64,000 nucleotides of DNA from Burkholderiales bacterium (GTDB taxonomy: Bacteria > Pseudomonadota > Gammaproteobacteria > Burkholderiales > Burkholderiaceae_C): contig JANOLJ010000336.1 of assembly GCA_031419715.1 (NCBI GenBank), positions 2,050 through 66,049 on the forward strand. The letters are read 5' to 3'. The notes under the pieces were generated by a model, which had not been told where the DNA came from, made no database searches, and worked only from the letters and a program-made list of their open reading frames with translations. Positions 40,310 through 51,492 of the stretch are shown piece by piece. The position numbers and the translations under genes are program-made. Positions within the stretch are counted from its first letter, which is position 1. Every line of letters begins with the position of its first letter.

Positions 40310-40693
40310 TCAATCCGGCATGGGCATCGGCGCGTTGCTGTTCAGGTTCAGCCAGCCGCGCACCACACGGTACAGAAACCAGATTGAAATGATCCCCCAG
40401 GCGATCCAGCCCGGCACCAGGAACAACAACCACAGCCACGATGTGACGAGGTACAGCCCGCCGGCCCACAACACGCTGCGAATGCGCCAGCGAAAGTGCG
40501 ACTCCTGCCAACTGCCCAGCGCGTCGTCTTTCTTGACGACATCGATGATGAACGCCACGATCAACAGCACGACACTCGCCTGCACGCCCGGCAACACGGC
40601 GCCGATGGCGACGATGGTGTGCAGCAAGTAGCTGATGTGTCCGGTGGTTTTCAGCGATCTCTCGCGCTCGATGACATCGATCACCTGGTTCAT
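40310..40693 (-). CDS. small integral membrane protein, function unknown
   Basis: Three to four hydrophobic helices are present. The ATG at 40693 overlaps the hisE stop (ATGA). It lies between hisE and the HIT gene. Confidence 0.6.
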   Translation of the reverse strand: MNQVIDVIERERSLKTTGHISYLLHTIVAIGAVLPGVQASVVLLIVAFIIDVVKKDDALGSWQESHFRWRIRSVLWAGGLYLVTSWLWLLFLVPGWIAWGIISIWFLYRVVRGWLNLNSNAPMPMPD

Positions 40694-41040
40694 GTTCCAT
40701 CTCCTTCGCGCACCTGAAGTTTGCGCGCTGCAAACTCCTCCAACCCCGATTGCCCTTCGCGACGCTCCAGCTCCTTCAATACATCGACGGGCGACAGGCC
40801 GAACGCCGCCAACGCAAGCATGCTGTGAAACCACAGGTCGGCGACTTCATGAATGATTTTCCCGGTGTCGCCGTCTTTGCACGCCATCACCGTCTCGGTC
40901 GCCTCTTCACCGATTTTCTTCAGTATCGCGTCGGTGCCCTTGGCCATCAGCCGCGCGACATAGCTCTTGTCAGGGTCGCCCTGGCGGCGTGCTTCGATCA
41001 CCTGCGCCAGGCGCTCCAAGGTCTGATTGCTGTTCGTCAC
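40690..41040 (-). CDS. hisE: phosphoribosyl-ATP pyrophosphatase
   Basis: A MazG-like HisE sequence ([30 protein letters not shown]). Confidence 0.9.
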   Translation of the reverse strand: MTNSNQTLERLAQVIEARRQGDPDKSYVARLMAKGTDAILKKIGEEATETVMACKDGDTGKIIHEVADLWFHSMLALAAFGLSPVDVLKELERREGQSGLEEFAARKLQVREGDGT

Positions 41041-41055
41041 GATGCGTCAACCCTG

Positions 41056-41448
41056 TCAGGATGCATAGATGCTCGCCGGATCTTTCAAGACTGGATCGAC
41101 AGGCTCCCACACCCCGTCGCGCAGCACCTGGAAAAAACATGAGTGGCGCCCGGTATGGCAGGCGATCGACGGGTCATGGCCGCGCTGTTCGACCTTGAGC
41201 AACACCACGTCGTGGTCGCAATCCAGGCGCACTTCCAGCACTTTCTGCACATGACCGCTGGCTTCGCCCTTGTGCCACAGGCGTTGCCGCGAGCGGCTGA
41301 AATACACCGCCTCACCGCGTTGCACCGTCTGGCTCAAGGCCTCGCGATTCATGTAGGCGAACATCAGCACGTCGTTGCTGCCGGCCTCTTGCGCAATCAC
41401 CGGCACCAAGCCTTGTGCATCCCACTTGATTTCAGCGAGCCAGTCCAT
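41056..41448 (-). CDS. hisI: phosphoribosyl-AMP cyclohydrolase
   Basis: HisI motifs are present: [35 protein letters not shown] chose ATG 41448. Confidence 0.92.
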   Translation of the reverse strand: MDWLAEIKWDAQGLVPVIAQEAGSNDVLMFAYMNREALSQTVQRGEAVYFSRSRQRLWHKGEASGHVQKVLEVRLDCDHDVVLLKVEQRGHDPSIACHTGRHSCFFQVLRDGVWEPVDPVLKDPASIYAS

Positions 41449-41473
41449 GCCGCCCAGTGTAGCGGCGCGTCTC

Positions 41474-41950
41474 TCAGCTGCTGTGGGTTGCGCCGGCAAA
41501 GCCCTGCTCGTCGGCGAACCAGCGCAACACCGGCAGGCTGCCGGGCAACAACGGCGTGACGCTGACCGGCAACGTCTGCCATGCGCAGCGTTGGCCTTCA
41601 CGCATTTCCAGGCTGCCACTCCAGGAGAACACCTTGCAGAAGTGCAGGCGCACCCGGGCATGTGGGTAATCCATCGTCTCGGTTTTCCAGGCCTGCGCCG
41701 CGCCGATGGCGATGCCCAGCTCTTCGTGCAACTCGCGCGCCAATGTCTGAAGGGTCGTCTCCCCCGCTTCGAGCTTGCCCCCGGGGAATTCCCAGTAGCC
41801 GGCGAACACCTTGCCCGGCGGGCGTGTCGTCATGAGGAAGCGCCCCGCGGCGTCGATCAGCACGCCCACGGCAACGTCCACCGGCACGCGCTGCACGAGC
41901 GACGCACCGGCTGTCGCGTCGCTCGCGTTCGTGTCGGCGGGGCAGTTCAA
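41474..41950 (-). CDS. NUDIX hydrolase, MutT-like (8-oxo-dGTP diphosphatase family)
   Basis: The NUDIX box [24 protein letters not shown] is present. The start is uncertain. A TTG at 41950 would overlap the upstream stop (TTGA), and GTG 41896 is an alternative. Confidence 0.72.
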   Translation of the reverse strand: MNCPADTNASDATAGASLVQRVPVDVAVGVLIDAAGRFLMTTRPPGKVFAGYWEFPGGKLEAGETTLQTLARELHEELGIAIGAAQAWKTETMDYPHARVRLHFCKVFSWSGSLEMREGQRCAWQTLPVSVTPLLPGSLPVLRWFADEQGFAGATHSS

Positions 41951-42825
41951 GCGACGTGCCTGCCGCAGTAGTCTTTGGCGAATTGGTAGGCCACGCGCCC
42001 GGAGCGCGAACCGCGCTCCAGCGCCCACACCAGGCTTTCCGGTCGCGCCTTGGAAATGGCCGCCTCGTCCACGCCGAAAGAGCGCAACCATTGCGCAACG
42101 ATGGCCAGATATTCCTCCTGGCTGAACGGATAAAAGCTGACCCACAGACCAAAGCGTTCCGACAGCGAAATCTTCTCCTCGATCACTTCGCCGGGGTGGA
42201 CCTCGCCGTCTTCGGTGTGCTTGTAGGTCAGGTTCTCCTTCATGTACTCGGGCAGGAGATGGCGCCGATTGCTCGTCGCGTAGATCAACACGTTTTCGCT
42301 GGCCTGCGACACCGATCCGTCGAGTATCGATTTCAGCGCCTTATAGCCGGGCTCGCCTTCGTCGAAGCTCAGGTCATCGCAATACACGATGAAACGCTCG
42401 GCGCGCTCGGCGACGAGATCAACGATGTCGGGCAGGTCGATCAGGTCGGTTTTGTCAACTTCGATCAGGCGCAGCCCGCGCGGCGCGAAGTGGTTCAGAC
42501 ACGCCTTGATGAGCGAGCTTTTCCCCGTCCCGCGCGCGCCGGTGAGCAGCACATTGTTCGCGCGTTTGCCGGCAACGAACTGCTCCGTGTTGCGCATCAG
42601 GCGCTCTTTTTGTGGCTCCACCCGCACCAGATCGGCCAGGCGTATCGTCGCCGCATGGCGCACCGGCTCGATCCATCCCGAGCCGCCGCGCTTGCGGTAG
42701 CGAAACGCGAACGCCGCCGCCCAATCCGGCGCCGTGAGTGGGTGCGGCAGCACGGCTTCAAGCCGCGCCAGCAGCGCCTCGGCGCGGCTCAACAGGCGAT
42801 TCAGAGCTTCATTCGGGGCTGACAT
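41947..42825 (-). CDS. DUF815 family AAA-type ATPase
   Basis: Walker A GARGTGKSS is present, and the overall sequence is typical of DUF815 (NVLLTGARGTGKSSLIKA .. IVYCDDLSF). Confidence 0.8.
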   Translation of the reverse strand: MSAPNEALNRLLSRAEALLARLEAVLPHPLTAPDWAAAFAFRYRKRGGSGWIEPVRHAATIRLADLVRVEPQKERLMRNTEQFVAGKRANNVLLTGARGTGKSSLIKACLNHFAPRGLRLIEVDKTDLIDLPDIVDLVAERAERFIVYCDDLSFDEGEPGYKALKSILDGSVSQASENVLIYATSNRRHLLPEYMKENLTYKHTEDGEVHPGEVIEEKISLSERFGLWVSFYPFSQEEYLAIVAQWLRSFGVDEAAISKARPESLVWALERGSRSGRVAYQFAKDYCGRHVA

Positions 42826-42894
42826 GCGGCGCGGTTTCGATGCGGTTCCAGCGGGGCCGCGCAGTGTAGCGGTCGCCCTGGGAATTGATGCCGT

Positions 42895-43554
42895 TCAGGG
42901 ACCGATCAACATGCGCAACGACGCGTCGAGAAACTCGGTGGGGCTGCGCTTGAAGCCCGAGCGCGTGAAACGCTGCAAGCGGCCGACCGCGAACGCCGTC
43001 AGCACCGACGCCTGAGCATTGGCGTCCACCGTCGGCGTCGCCGACCCCGCGCTTTCCGCGGCCACGCGCAGACTTTGGCGCAACTGCGACTCAATGCGAT
43101 CGAAGAACTGGTTCATGCGGGCCAGCAGCCGATCATGCTCGAACACCAACGCGTCGCCCACCATCACGCGCGTCATGCCGGGGTTCTTTTCGCCGAACTG
43201 CAACAGCACCGTCAAGACCTTGTGCGTCTGGGCGCGGGCATCGGCTTCGCGCTCATTGATCTGGTTCACGAGCGAGAAAACACTTTGTTCGATGAATTCA
43301 ATGAGGCCCTCGAACATTTGCGCCTTGCTGGCGAAGTGCCGGTACAGCGCCGCTTCGCTCACGTCCAGCTTGGCTGCCAGCGCCGCCGTCGTGATGCGCT
43401 CGGCGCCGGGCTGCTCAAGCATGGTGGCCAAAGTTTGCAGGATCTGAATGCGCCGCTCGCCGGGTTTGGGCCGCTTGCGTCCCACAACGCTGCCCGCCGC
43501 GGTGGTCTGCAATTCACCCTGGGTTGCGGCGGAATTCGGGTCGGTGGTGTGCAT
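42895..43554 (-). CDS. slmA: TetR-family nucleoid occlusion factor SlmA-like
   Basis: The segment RRIQILQTLATMLEQPGAERITTAALAAKLDVSEAALYRHFASKAQMFEGLIEFIE closely follows the SlmA signature. I chose ATG 43554. Confidence 0.78.
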   Translation of the reverse strand: MHTTDPNSAATQGELQTTAAGSVVGRKRPKPGERRIQILQTLATMLEQPGAERITTAALAAKLDVSEAALYRHFASKAQMFEGLIEFIEQSVFSLVNQINEREADARAQTHKVLTVLLQFGEKNPGMTRVMVGDALVFEHDRLLARMNQFFDRIESQLRQSLRVAAESAGSATPTVDANAQASVLTAFAVGRLQRFTRSGFKRSPTEFLDASLRMLIGP

Positions 43555-43723
43555 CGTCACAAGGGAAGGGCTGCTCGGCGAGTTGATTCTGGCACACAGG
43601 TATGGCTGAACACGGCAAGGGTGAACACCAACTTTCTCCACGGGAAATCCCGCAACCCGCGCCCGCAAACCCCGTCTGCCCCGATTCAGTGCCCTGCAAC
43701 CGTGGTGCAAGCACGACAGGAGG

Positions 43724-43800
43724 GCTCAATGCGAGCGGATCATGGTGCAAGGGTCACGAGGCGGCCCCCTGATCCGCTCAATGCGAGCGGATCATGGTGC
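43724..43800. repeat. 25-bp perfect direct repeat (gctcaatgcgagcggatcatggtgc) at 43724-43748 and 43776-43800
   Basis: Read directly. The second copy holds the last 7 sense codons and the stop of argB. It lies inside a 10-bp-stem hairpin (43770-43794). Confidence 0.9.
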
Positions 43801-44707
43801 CGTAGGCCTGATCGGTCAGCACTTCGAGCAGCATCGCGTGCGGCACGCGGCCGTCGATGATGTGCACCGTGTTGACACCGTTCTTCGCCGCATCCAGCGC
43901 GGAGGAAATCTTGGGCAGCATGCCGCCGCTGATGGTGCCGTCGGCGAACAGGGCGTCGATTTCGCGTGCCGACAAGTTGGTGAGCAACTTGCCGGCCTTG
44001 TCGAGCACACCCGGTGTGTTCGTCAGCATCATGAGCTTTTCGGCCTTCAGCACCTCGGCGAGTTTGCCGGCCACGACATCGGCGTTGATGTTGTAGTTCT
44101 CGTTGTTCACGCCGAAGCCGAGAGGTGAGATCACCGGGATGAACTGATCGTCTTGCAGCGCGCGCACGACACTCGGGTCGATCGACTCGATCTCGCCGAC
44201 CAGGCCGATGTCGTGCTCGATCGACGGGTCGTCCCGATCGATCATCTTCATCTTGCGCGCCCGAATCAAGCCGCCGTCTCTTCCCGTCAGGCCCACGGCC
44301 TTGCCGCCAGCCACGTTGATCAGGCCGACGATGTCTTGCTGCACCTGGCCGGCGAGCACCCATTCCACAACTTCCATCGTCTCTTCATCGGTGACGCGCA
44401 TGCCCTGGATGAACCGGCCCTTTTTGCCGATCTTCGCCAGCGCGTCTTCGATCTGCGGCCCGCCGCCGTGCACCACCACCGGATTCATGCCGACGAGTTT
44501 GAGCAGCACCACGTCTTCGGCGAAGTCTTGCTGCAGCGCCGGGTCCGTCATCGCGTTGCCGCCGTACTTGATGACGATCGTCTTGCCATGGAACTTGCGG
44601 ATGTAGGGCAAGGCTTGGGCCAGAATTTCCGCCTTGTCGCGCGGCGAAATGGCGCCTGCGGTGTCGATCCCCGCGGCGCTCGCGCTGGACAAAGGCTCAG
44701 CTTTCAT
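43778..44707 (-). CDS. argB: acetylglutamate kinase
   Basis: ArgB motifs are present ([20 protein letters not shown]). I chose ATG 44707. Confidence 0.95.
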   Translation of the reverse strand: MKAEPLSSASAAGIDTAGAISPRDKAEILAQALPYIRKFHGKTIVIKYGGNAMTDPALQQDFAEDVVLLKLVGMNPVVVHGGGPQIEDALAKIGKKGRFIQGMRVTDEETMEVVEWVLAGQVQQDIVGLINVAGGKAVGLTGRDGGLIRARKMKMIDRDDPSIEHDIGLVGEIESIDPSVVRALQDDQFIPVISPLGFGVNNENYNINADVVAGKLAEVLKAEKLMMLTNTPGVLDKAGKLLTNLSAREIDALFADGTISGGMLPKISSALDAAKNGVNTVHIIDGRVPHAMLLEVLTDQAYGTMIRSH

Positions 44708-44777
44708 GATTCGATGTTTCTGGGCACGGGTTCTTGAGGCGGGAAATTGTAGGCGCGGCGTGTTTCGAGCCTGCGCG

Positions 44778-46265
44778 TCAAGCCAGGTAGCGCGCCTCAA
44801 GGTGGCGCCGAAAGTGCTGCGTGTTCAGCGCCTCGCCGCTGGCGCGCTGCACGAGTTCGGCCGTCGTCCAGCGGCAGCCCTGCGACCAGATGTTGTCGCG
44901 CAGCCAATCGAAAAGCGGCGCGAAGTCGGCGTTGGCGACGCGTTCGTCCAGGTCCGGCACAACGCGGCGCACGCACGCAAACCATTGCGCCGCGTACATA
45001 GCGCCTAGCGTGTAGCAGGGGAAGTAGCCGAACGCGCCGTCGCTCCAGTGCGTATCCTGCATGCAGCCGTCCTTGTAGTTGCCCTTGGTGCTCAGCCCGA
45101 GCAGTGACTGCATGGCCTCGTCCCACAGCGCCGGAATATCCTCGGCCTGCGCGTCGCCGGCAATCAAGGCGCGCTCGATGCGATAGCGCACGATCACATG
45201 TGCGGGGTAGGTGAGTTCATCGGCGTCAACGCGTATCAAGCCGGGCTCGACACGCGTGAGCAGGCGCTGCAGCGCCTGCGGCTCGAACGCTTCTTGGGCT
45301 CCGAAATGCGCCACCAGGCGTGGCGCGAGCAAGCCGATGAAGCCGGGGCTCATGCCGAGCTGCATCTCGAAGCTCAGGCTCTGGCTTTCGTGGAGGCCCA
45401 TCGAGCGCGCCTGCGCCACCGGCTGCCCTAGCCATTGCCGCGGCAGGTTCTGCTCATAGCGCGCATGGCCGGTTTCATGGACCGTGCCCATCAAGCTCTG
45501 CACGAAGTTGTCTTCGCGGTAGCGCGTCGTCAGGCGCACGTCCTCGGGAACGCCGCCGCTGAATGGATGCGAGCTTTCGTCCAGGCGCCCGGCTTCAAAG
45601 TCAAAGCCCAGCAGTTGCATCACGTCCAGGCTCAGCGCGCGTTGCGCCTGCTTGGGAAACGGCCCTCGGGGTGCCACGAACTCCTGGCGCGATTGCCGCT
45701 GCCGAACGCGTTGCACCAGATCGGGCAACCATTGCTGAACCTCGCCGAACAGGCGGTCCACATCGGCGCTGGTCGTGCCCGGCTCGAACTTGTCGAGCAA
45801 GGCGTCGTAAGGCGCCAGGCCGGTCGCGTCGGCGCGGCGCTGCGCTTCTTCTCGCGACAGCCGCAGCACGTCGCGAAAATTCACCAGGAACCCCGGCCAG
45901 TCATTCGCATGGCGCTGCGTGCGCCACGCGTGTTCGCAGCGCGCACCAGCGAGCGACTGCGCCTGCACCAGCGCCTCGGGCAAGGCATTGCTGAGCCGCC
46001 AGTCGCGGCGAATTTCGCGCAGATTCGCGCGGCTCCAGTCGTCGAGTGTTTCGCCCTGCGCCGCGTCGAGCAGCCCCGCCAGGCGCGGCTCGGTGCTCAT
46101 GCGGTGCAACAACGCCTCCATTTCCGCCATCGCCGCGGCGCGCGCCTCATTGCCTTTGGGCGGCATCATCGCGGCGCTGTCCCAACCAGCAATCGCGTGC
46201 AGATGCGCGAGGCGGTACATGCGCGCCCAGGTCTGGCTCAGGGTTTCATACGCAGTCGCGGTCAT
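44778..46265 (-). CDS. M32 family carboxypeptidase (Taq-like metallocarboxypeptidase)
   Basis: Zinc motif [10 protein letters not shown] is present with other M32 blocks ([14 protein letters not shown]). Confidence 0.88.
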   Translation of the reverse strand: MTATAYETLSQTWARMYRLAHLHAIAGWDSAAMMPPKGNEARAAAMAEMEALLHRMSTEPRLAGLLDAAQGETLDDWSRANLREIRRDWRLSNALPEALVQAQSLAGARCEHAWRTQRHANDWPGFLVNFRDVLRLSREEAQRRADATGLAPYDALLDKFEPGTTSADVDRLFGEVQQWLPDLVQRVRQRQSRQEFVAPRGPFPKQAQRALSLDVMQLLGFDFEAGRLDESSHPFSGGVPEDVRLTTRYREDNFVQSLMGTVHETGHARYEQNLPRQWLGQPVAQARSMGLHESQSLSFEMQLGMSPGFIGLLAPRLVAHFGAQEAFEPQALQRLLTRVEPGLIRVDADELTYPAHVIVRYRIERALIAGDAQAEDIPALWDEAMQSLLGLSTKGNYKDGCMQDTHWSDGAFGYFPCYTLGAMYAAQWFACVRRVVPDLDERVANADFAPLFDWLRDNIWSQGCRWTTAELVQRASGEALNTQHFRRHLEARYLA

Positions 46266-46277
46266 CGGATGACTCCA

Positions 46278-46760
46278 TCAATGCGTGAACTGGCCCGGGA
46301 ACACCCAAAGCAGCATTGCCGTCAGCACCACATAGCGGAAGAACTTGCCGATCGCCATGTACAGCGTACACGGCCAGAACGGCATCTTCAGCCAGCCGGC
46401 CACCGCGCACAGCGGGTCGCCCACGCCGGGCAACCACGACAGCAGGCACGCCTTCGGCCCAAAGCGTTCCAGGTAGTCGAGCGCGCGGATGTGCACGCGC
46501 TTGTGCGCCACGCGCTCGTAGGCGACCTCCGCGCCGTAGCCCATCCACCAACTGATCATTCCGCCCAGGGTATTGCCCACCGTGGCCACGCCGATGGCGG
46601 GCCAGAACATCTCCGGGTTGAGCTTGACCAGCCCGATCACGGCGAATTCGGAACCCAGCGGCAGCAGCGTCGCCGACACGATGGCGACCACGAACACCGT
46701 GCTCAAGCCATACTTGGGCAACGCCAACAGGGCAAGGACGGATTCGAACCATGCTTCCAT
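46278..46760 (-). CDS. YqaA/DedA-related (SNARE-associated) membrane protein
   Basis: A four-TM small protein with sequence typical of the YqaA family (LPLGSE..VGNTLGG..LSWLPVGDP-like). Confidence 0.72.
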   Translation of the reverse strand: MEAWFESVLALLALPKYGLSTVFVVAIVSATLLPLGSEFAVIGLVKLNPEMFWPAIGVATVGNTLGGMISWWMGYGAEVAYERVAHKRVHIRALDYLERFGPKACLLSWLPGVGDPLCAVAGWLKMPFWPCTLYMAIGKFFRYVVLTAMLLWVFPGQFTH

Positions 46761-46905
46761 GCGCGCGCATTATGGAGACCGCGGCGCGGCACTTCCTGCG
46801 TGTCATCGACAAGTTTCCGGCCGCTATACTGCCGCCTCGTTTTTGAGCAACCGCATTGCCGCCCCGCCACGCTCAGCAGCGTCCCACCGCCCCGTTCAAC
46901 GCCCC

Positions 46906-47943
46906 ATGAACATCGGCCCCTACGCGCTGACCAACGCCCTGCTCGTCGCCCCGATGGCCGGCGTCACCGACAGGCCGTTTCGCCAGTTGTGCAAACGCCT
47001 CGGCGCGGGCTACGCGGTGAGTGAAATGGTCACGTCGCGCAAGGACCTGTGGAACAGCCTGAAGACAAGTCGACGCCTGGACCACACCGGCGAGGTGGCG
47101 CCGCTCGCGGTGCAGATCGCCGGCACCGACGCCGCGATGATGGCGCAAGCAGCCGCCTACAACATCGAGCGTGGCGCGCAAATCATCGACATCAACATGG
47201 GCTGTCCGGCGAAGAAAGTGTGCAATCGCTGGGCCGGCTCGGCATTGATGCAGGATGAGCCGCTCGCGCTCGACATCGTTGCCGCCGTCGTTGCCGCGTG
47301 CGCGCCGCACGGCGTTCCGGTCACGCTGAAAATGCGCACCGGCTGGTGCGCCACCGAGCGCAACGCGCTGCGCATCGCGCGCGGCGCCGAGCAGCGCGGC
47401 GTGGCCATGGTCGCGGTGCACGGCCGCACGCGCGAGCAGGGCTACAAGGGGCTGGCGGAATACGACACCGTGGCGGCGGTGAAGGCGGCGCTGGCGATCC
47501 CCGTCGTCGCGAATGGCGACATCGACACCCCCGAAAAAGCACGCGACGTGCTGCGCGCCACTGGCGCCGACGGCGTGATGATCGGCCGCGCGGCACAGGG
47601 TCGGCCGTGGCTGTTTCGCGAGATCGATCATTTCCTGCGCACCGGCGAACACCTCGAAGCCCCACGCGTGCTGCACGTCAAGGCCTGGCTGCTCGAACAC
47701 TTGAGCGACCACTATGGCCTGTACGGCGAACTGGCTGGCGCGCGCAGCGCGCGCAAGCACATCGGCTGGACAGTGCGCGCATTGCCCGGCGGCGAGGACT
47801 TCCGCGCCCGAATGAACCTGCTCGACGATTGTGCCGACCAGGTGCGCGCCGTCACCGACTGGTTCGACGAACTCGCCGCGGACCACCCGACACTGCCTCG
47901 CATGACTGCGGCGAACGATGCGCTCGTGGAGAGAATCGCATGA
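46906..47943 (+). CDS. dusB: tRNA-dihydrouridine synthase B
   Basis: A Dus family sequence (LAPMAGVTDRPFR, DINMGCPAKKV) upstream of fis. I chose ATG 46906. Confidence 0.93.
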   Translation: MNIGPYALTNALLVAPMAGVTDRPFRQLCKRLGAGYAVSEMVTSRKDLWNSLKTSRRLDHTGEVAPLAVQIAGTDAAMMAQAAAYNIERGAQIIDINMGCPAKKVCNRWAGSALMQDEPLALDIVAAVVAACAPHGVPVTLKMRTGWCATERNALRIARGAEQRGVAMVAVHGRTREQGYKGLAEYDTVAAVKAALAIPVVANGDIDTPEKARDVLRATGADGVMIGRAAQGRPWLFREIDHFLRTGEHLEAPRVLHVKAWLLEHLSDHYGLYGELAGARSARKHIGWTVRALPGGEDFRARMNLLDDCADQVRAVTDWFDELAADHPTLPRMTAANDALVERIA

Positions 47944-48179
47944 CCAGCAAGAAGCACATCGAACAATGCGTACGCGAGAACCTGGAGACCTACTTCAAGG
48001 ACTTGCGCGGGGTCGAACCCTCGGCGATGTACGACATGATTCTGGGCGTGGTGGAAAAGCCGCTGCTTGATGTTGTGCTGCGCCACGCCGAGGGCAACCA
48101 GAGCCGTGCCGCCGAGTGGCTGGGCATCAACCGCAATACGCTGCGCCGAAAACTGCTCGATCACAAGCTGATCGATTGA
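47940..48179 (+). CDS. fis: DNA-binding protein Fis
   Basis: A 79-aa protein ending in the [24 protein letters not shown]. The ATG overlaps the dusB stop (ATGA). Confidence 0.92.
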   Translation: MTSKKHIEQCVRENLETYFKDLRGVEPSAMYDMILGVVEKPLLDVVLRHAEGNQSRAAEWLGINRNTLRRKLLDHKLID

Positions 48180-48243
48180 TCCAACCCAGCGGCCTGACGA
48201 CAATGCGCAGCGATTGCCCGCCACCGCTGCCGAAAGCGCACCC

Positions 48244-49839
48244 ATGCGAGCCCTGATTTCCGTTTCCGACAAGACCGGCGTGCTCGGCCTGGCGCACGCG
48301 CTGCACGCACTCGGCGTGACGCTGCTGTCCACAGGCGGCACGGCAAAGATGCTGGAGGGCGCGGGCCTGCCGGTGACGGAAGTCGCCGCGCACACCGGAT
48401 TCCCGGAGATGCTCGACGGCCGCGTCAAGACGCTGCACCCGACGATCCACGGCGGCCTGCTCGCGCGGCGCGACGTGCCGGCACACATGGACGCGTTGCG
48501 CGCGCACGGCATCGCAACGATCGATCTGCTGATCGTGAATCTCTACCCTTTCGAGGACACGGTCGCCAAGGACGGCTGCACACTCGATGAGGCGATCGAG
48601 AACATCGACATCGGCGGCCCGGCGATGGTGCGCTCTGCCGCGAAGAACTGGCGCGATGTCGCCGTGCTGACCGACGCATCGCAGTACGCCGCGGTGCTCA
48701 CCGAATTGCAGGCCACCGGCAGCGTGAGCGCCGCGCTCAAGTTCGAGCTGGCGGTGGCCGCGTTCAACCGCATCAGCAACTACGACGCCGCGATCAGCGA
48801 CTATTTGTCTAGCCTCAAGCCGGACGGCGCGGGCGGACACAAGCGCGGCGAATTCGCGTCGCAGGTGAACCCGCGCTTCGTCAAGCTGCAAGACTTGCGC
48901 TACGGCGAGAACCCGCACCAAAGCGCCGCATACTACCGCGACCTGTTCCCCGCACCGGGCTCACTCGTCACGGCGCGCCAGTTGCAAGGCAAGGAGCTGT
49001 CGTACAACAACATCGCCGACGCCGACGCGGCGTGGGAATGCGTCAAGTGTTTCACTGCCGAAGACGCAGCAGCCGCGTGCGTCATCGTGAAACACGCCAA
49101 TCCCTGCGGCGTGGCGCTCGGCAAAGACTGCGCGCAGGCCTATGAGAAGGCCTTGAAAACCGACCCGACCTCGGCGTTCGGCGGCATCATCGCTTTCAAT
49201 ACCGCGGTCGACGCCGCGGGCGCGGCGCTCGTCGCCAAGCAGTTTCTCGAAGTGCTGATCGCGCCTGCGTTCTCGCCCGAGGCGCTCGAAATTCTCGCGG
49301 CCAAGGCCAACGTGCGAATCTTGCAGCTCGGGCTTCCGGGCACGGGAACGAGCGCCTGGGAGCGCGGCCGCCATTCGCAGGACTTCAAGCGCATCGGCTC
49401 AGGCCTGCTCATTCAAAGCGCGGACAACCATGTGTTGCAGCGCGGCGATTTGAAAGTCGTGACATTGATACAACCGGACGACCAGCAACTCGCCGACATG
49501 CTGTTCGCCTGGCGGATCGCGAAATACGTGAAGAGCAATGCCATCGTGTTCTGTGCCGACGGCATGACGCTGGGCGTGGGGGCGGGCCAGATGAGCCGCG
49601 TCGACTCGGTGCGCATCGCCGCGATCAAGGCGGGCAATGTCGGCCTGGAACTGCGCGGCTCGGTCGTCGCGAGCGACGCCTTCTTCCCGTTTCGCGACGG
49701 CCTGGACGCGTTGATCGACGCCGGTGCGAGCTGCGTCATCCAGCCCGGGGGCTCGATGCGCGACGCCGAGGTGATTGCCGCGGCGAACGAACGCGATGTG
49801 GCGATGGTCTTCACCGGCGTGCGGCACTTCCGGCATTGA
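48244..49839 (+). CDS. purH: bifunctional AICAR transformylase / IMP cyclohydrolase
   Basis: A full PurH sequence ([12 protein letters not shown].., GGTAKML, KHANPCG). Confidence 0.97.
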   Translation: MRALISVSDKTGVLGLAHALHALGVTLLSTGGTAKMLEGAGLPVTEVAAHTGFPEMLDGRVKTLHPTIHGGLLARRDVPAHMDALRAHGIATIDLLIVNLYPFEDTVAKDGCTLDEAIENIDIGGPAMVRSAAKNWRDVAVLTDASQYAAVLTELQATGSVSAALKFELAVAAFNRISNYDAAISDYLSSLKPDGAGGHKRGEFASQVNPRFVKLQDLRYGENPHQSAAYYRDLFPAPGSLVTARQLQGKELSYNNIADADAAWECVKCFTAEDAAAACVIVKHANPCGVALGKDCAQAYEKALKTDPTSAFGGIIAFNTAVDAAGAALVAKQFLEVLIAPAFSPEALEILAAKANVRILQLGLPGTGTSAWERGRHSQDFKRIGSGLLIQSADNHVLQRGDLKVVTLIQPDDQQLADMLFAWRIAKYVKSNAIVFCADGMTLGVGAGQMSRVDSVRIAAIKAGNVGLELRGSVVASDAFFPFRDGLDALIDAGASCVIQPGGSMRDAEVIAAANERDVAMVFTGVRHFRH

Positions 49840-49869
49840 CCCGGCGTACCCCGCGGCGCGCCCCAGCCC

Positions 49870-50511
49870 ATGAAACTCGCCACCGCGGCCGGATCCTTCC
49901 TCGTTTTCCTGGCACGCTTGATCACCGGCGCCCAGGGCCACTGGCACGGCTGCCCGCCGAAGGCCGAACAGCGCATCTATTTCGCCAATCACCAGAGCCA
50001 CTTTGACTGGGTCTTGCTCTGGGCGGCGCTGCCACACGACCTGCGCAGCACCACGCGCCCGATCGCCGCTCGCGACTACTGGACCTCCACCCCGCTGAAA
50101 CACTGGATCACGCGCGAGATTTTCAACGCCGTCTACGTGAGCCGCAGCCGCCCGCCGGGCGGCTCCAGTGACGGGACCGACGACGAGGATCCACTCGAAC
50201 CTTTGATGCAGGCGCTGCGCAACGGCGATTCGCTCGTGATCTTCCCCGAAGGCACGCGCGGCCACGGCGCCGACCCCGCCCCGTTCAAATCAGGTCTGTA
50301 CCACCTGGCGCAGGCCTTCCCGCAGGTGCAATTGATTCCGGCGTGGATTTCCAACGTGCAGCGTGTCATGCCCAAGGGCGAAGTGATTCCGGTGCCGCTG
50401 CTGTGCTCCGTGACCTTCGGCGCGCCGCTGCAACTCGCGCCAGACGAAGACAAGAGCACATTCTTGCAACGCGCGCGCGATGACGTGATTGCGTTGCGCA
50501 AGGTGGATTGA
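49870..50511 (+). CDS. lysophospholipid (1-acyl-sn-glycerol-3-phosphate-type) acyltransferase
   Basis: PlsC-family motifs NHQSHFD and FPEGTR are present. Confidence 0.8.
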   Translation: MKLATAAGSFLVFLARLITGAQGHWHGCPPKAEQRIYFANHQSHFDWVLLWAALPHDLRSTTRPIAARDYWTSTPLKHWITREIFNAVYVSRSRPPGGSSDGTDDEDPLEPLMQALRNGDSLVIFPEGTRGHGADPAPFKSGLYHLAQAFPQVQLIPAWISNVQRVMPKGEVIPVPLLCSVTFGAPLQLAPDEDKSTFLQRARDDVIALRKVD

Positions 50512-51479
50512 TGGGCGCATTGCGCGATCTCTCCGTCTCGCAGCAGGTCGGCCTGCTGTTCGTCGCGCTGTTCGGCCTGCTCGCGCTCGTCACGCTGGTC
50601 GGGTCCGTCGTCGCCTTGCGCGAAGGCACGGACGCAGACCTGGCCAAGCGCCAGGGCTTCGCGCGCGACCTGGGCGCGGTCTGGGTGGCGTCGGTGCTGT
50701 TCTGGACGGCCTGGGTTGCGGGCCCGCTGGTGTCGACCTTGCTGTTCGGTGTGGTCTCGTTCATCGCGCTGCGCGAACTCATCACGCTCACCCACACCCG
50801 GCGTGCCGACCACCGCAGCCTGCTGCTCGCGTTTTTCGTCGTGCTGCCGGCGCAATACCTGCTCGTCGCGCAGCGCCATTTCGACTTGTTCAGCGTCTTC
50901 ATTCCTGTCTATGTGTTCCTCGCCATTCCCGTCGTCAGCGCGTTCGGCAACGACCCGCAGCGCTTCCTCGAGCGCACCGCGAAAATCCAATGGGGCATCA
51001 TGGTATGCGTGTACGGCATCAGCCACGCGCCGGCTCTTCTGCTGCTCGATTTGCCCAATTACACAGAGCGCGGCGCATTCCTCGTGATCTTTCTCGTCGC
51101 CGTGGTGGCGATCGCGCAGATCGCGCAAGAAAGCGCGAGCCGACAGTTGCGGCGCCGGCCGGTGGCGCGGGCGATCAGCCGGTCCTTCTCTTGGCGCGCC
51201 TGGGGGATCGGGATACTGAGCGCGGGGCTGATGGGAACGCTGCTCTACTGGGTCACACCGTTCAAGCCGATTTCCGCGATGCTCATGGCCTGCGTCGCCG
51301 GGGGCTGCGGCACCTTGGGTGAATTCGTCATGAAAGCGCTGAAACGCGATGCCGGCGTGCGCTCTTGGGGCGGCCATGCTTCCGTGACAGGCGCGGTCGG
51401 CTTGCTCGATCGCGTCGCGCCGCTGTGCTTCGCCGCGCCGGTGTTCTTCCACTCGGTGCGCTGGTACTTCAGCCGCTGA
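50511..51479 (+). CDS. phosphatidate cytidylyltransferase family (CdsA-like) membrane protein
   Basis: A polytopic membrane protein with a C-terminal CTP-transferase-1-like block ([27 protein letters not shown]). The ATG overlaps the upstream stop by 1 nt. Confidence 0.72.
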   Translation: MGALRDLSVSQQVGLLFVALFGLLALVTLVGSVVALREGTDADLAKRQGFARDLGAVWVASVLFWTAWVAGPLVSTLLFGVVSFIALRELITLTHTRRADHRSLLLAFFVVLPAQYLLVAQRHFDLFSVFIPVYVFLAIPVVSAFGNDPQRFLERTAKIQWGIMVCVYGISHAPALLLLDLPNYTERGAFLVIFLVAVVAIAQIAQESASRQLRRRPVARAISRSFSWRAWGIGILSAGLMGTLLYWVTPFKPISAMLMACVAGGCGTLGEFVMKALKRDAGVRSWGGHASVTGAVGLLDRVAPLCFAAPVFFHSVRWYFSR

Positions 51480-51492
51480 CGGCGCGAAACGC

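Noticed and set aside
38252-42825. The DUF815-MutT-hisI-hisE-membrane-HIT-tatABC co-directional string as an unusual operon, given that the his genes are detached from hisF.
   Set aside because: hisIE followed by a small membrane protein, a HIT protein and tatABC is, to my knowledge, a common betaproteobacterial arrangement. Only the upstream DUF815/MutT junction is atypical, and that is weak evidence.
43724-43800. The argB 3'-end duplication as attL/attR of an integrated element.
   Set aside because: The copies are only 52 bp apart, with no cargo and no integrase nearby. It is kept only as a low-interest footprint finding.
48180-48243. A possible ZTP (pfl) riboswitch upstream of purH.
   Set aside because: Only 64 nt separate the fis stop from the purH start, and I could not see the conserved ZTP pseudoknot elements. 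purH here appears simply co-transcribed with dusB-fis.
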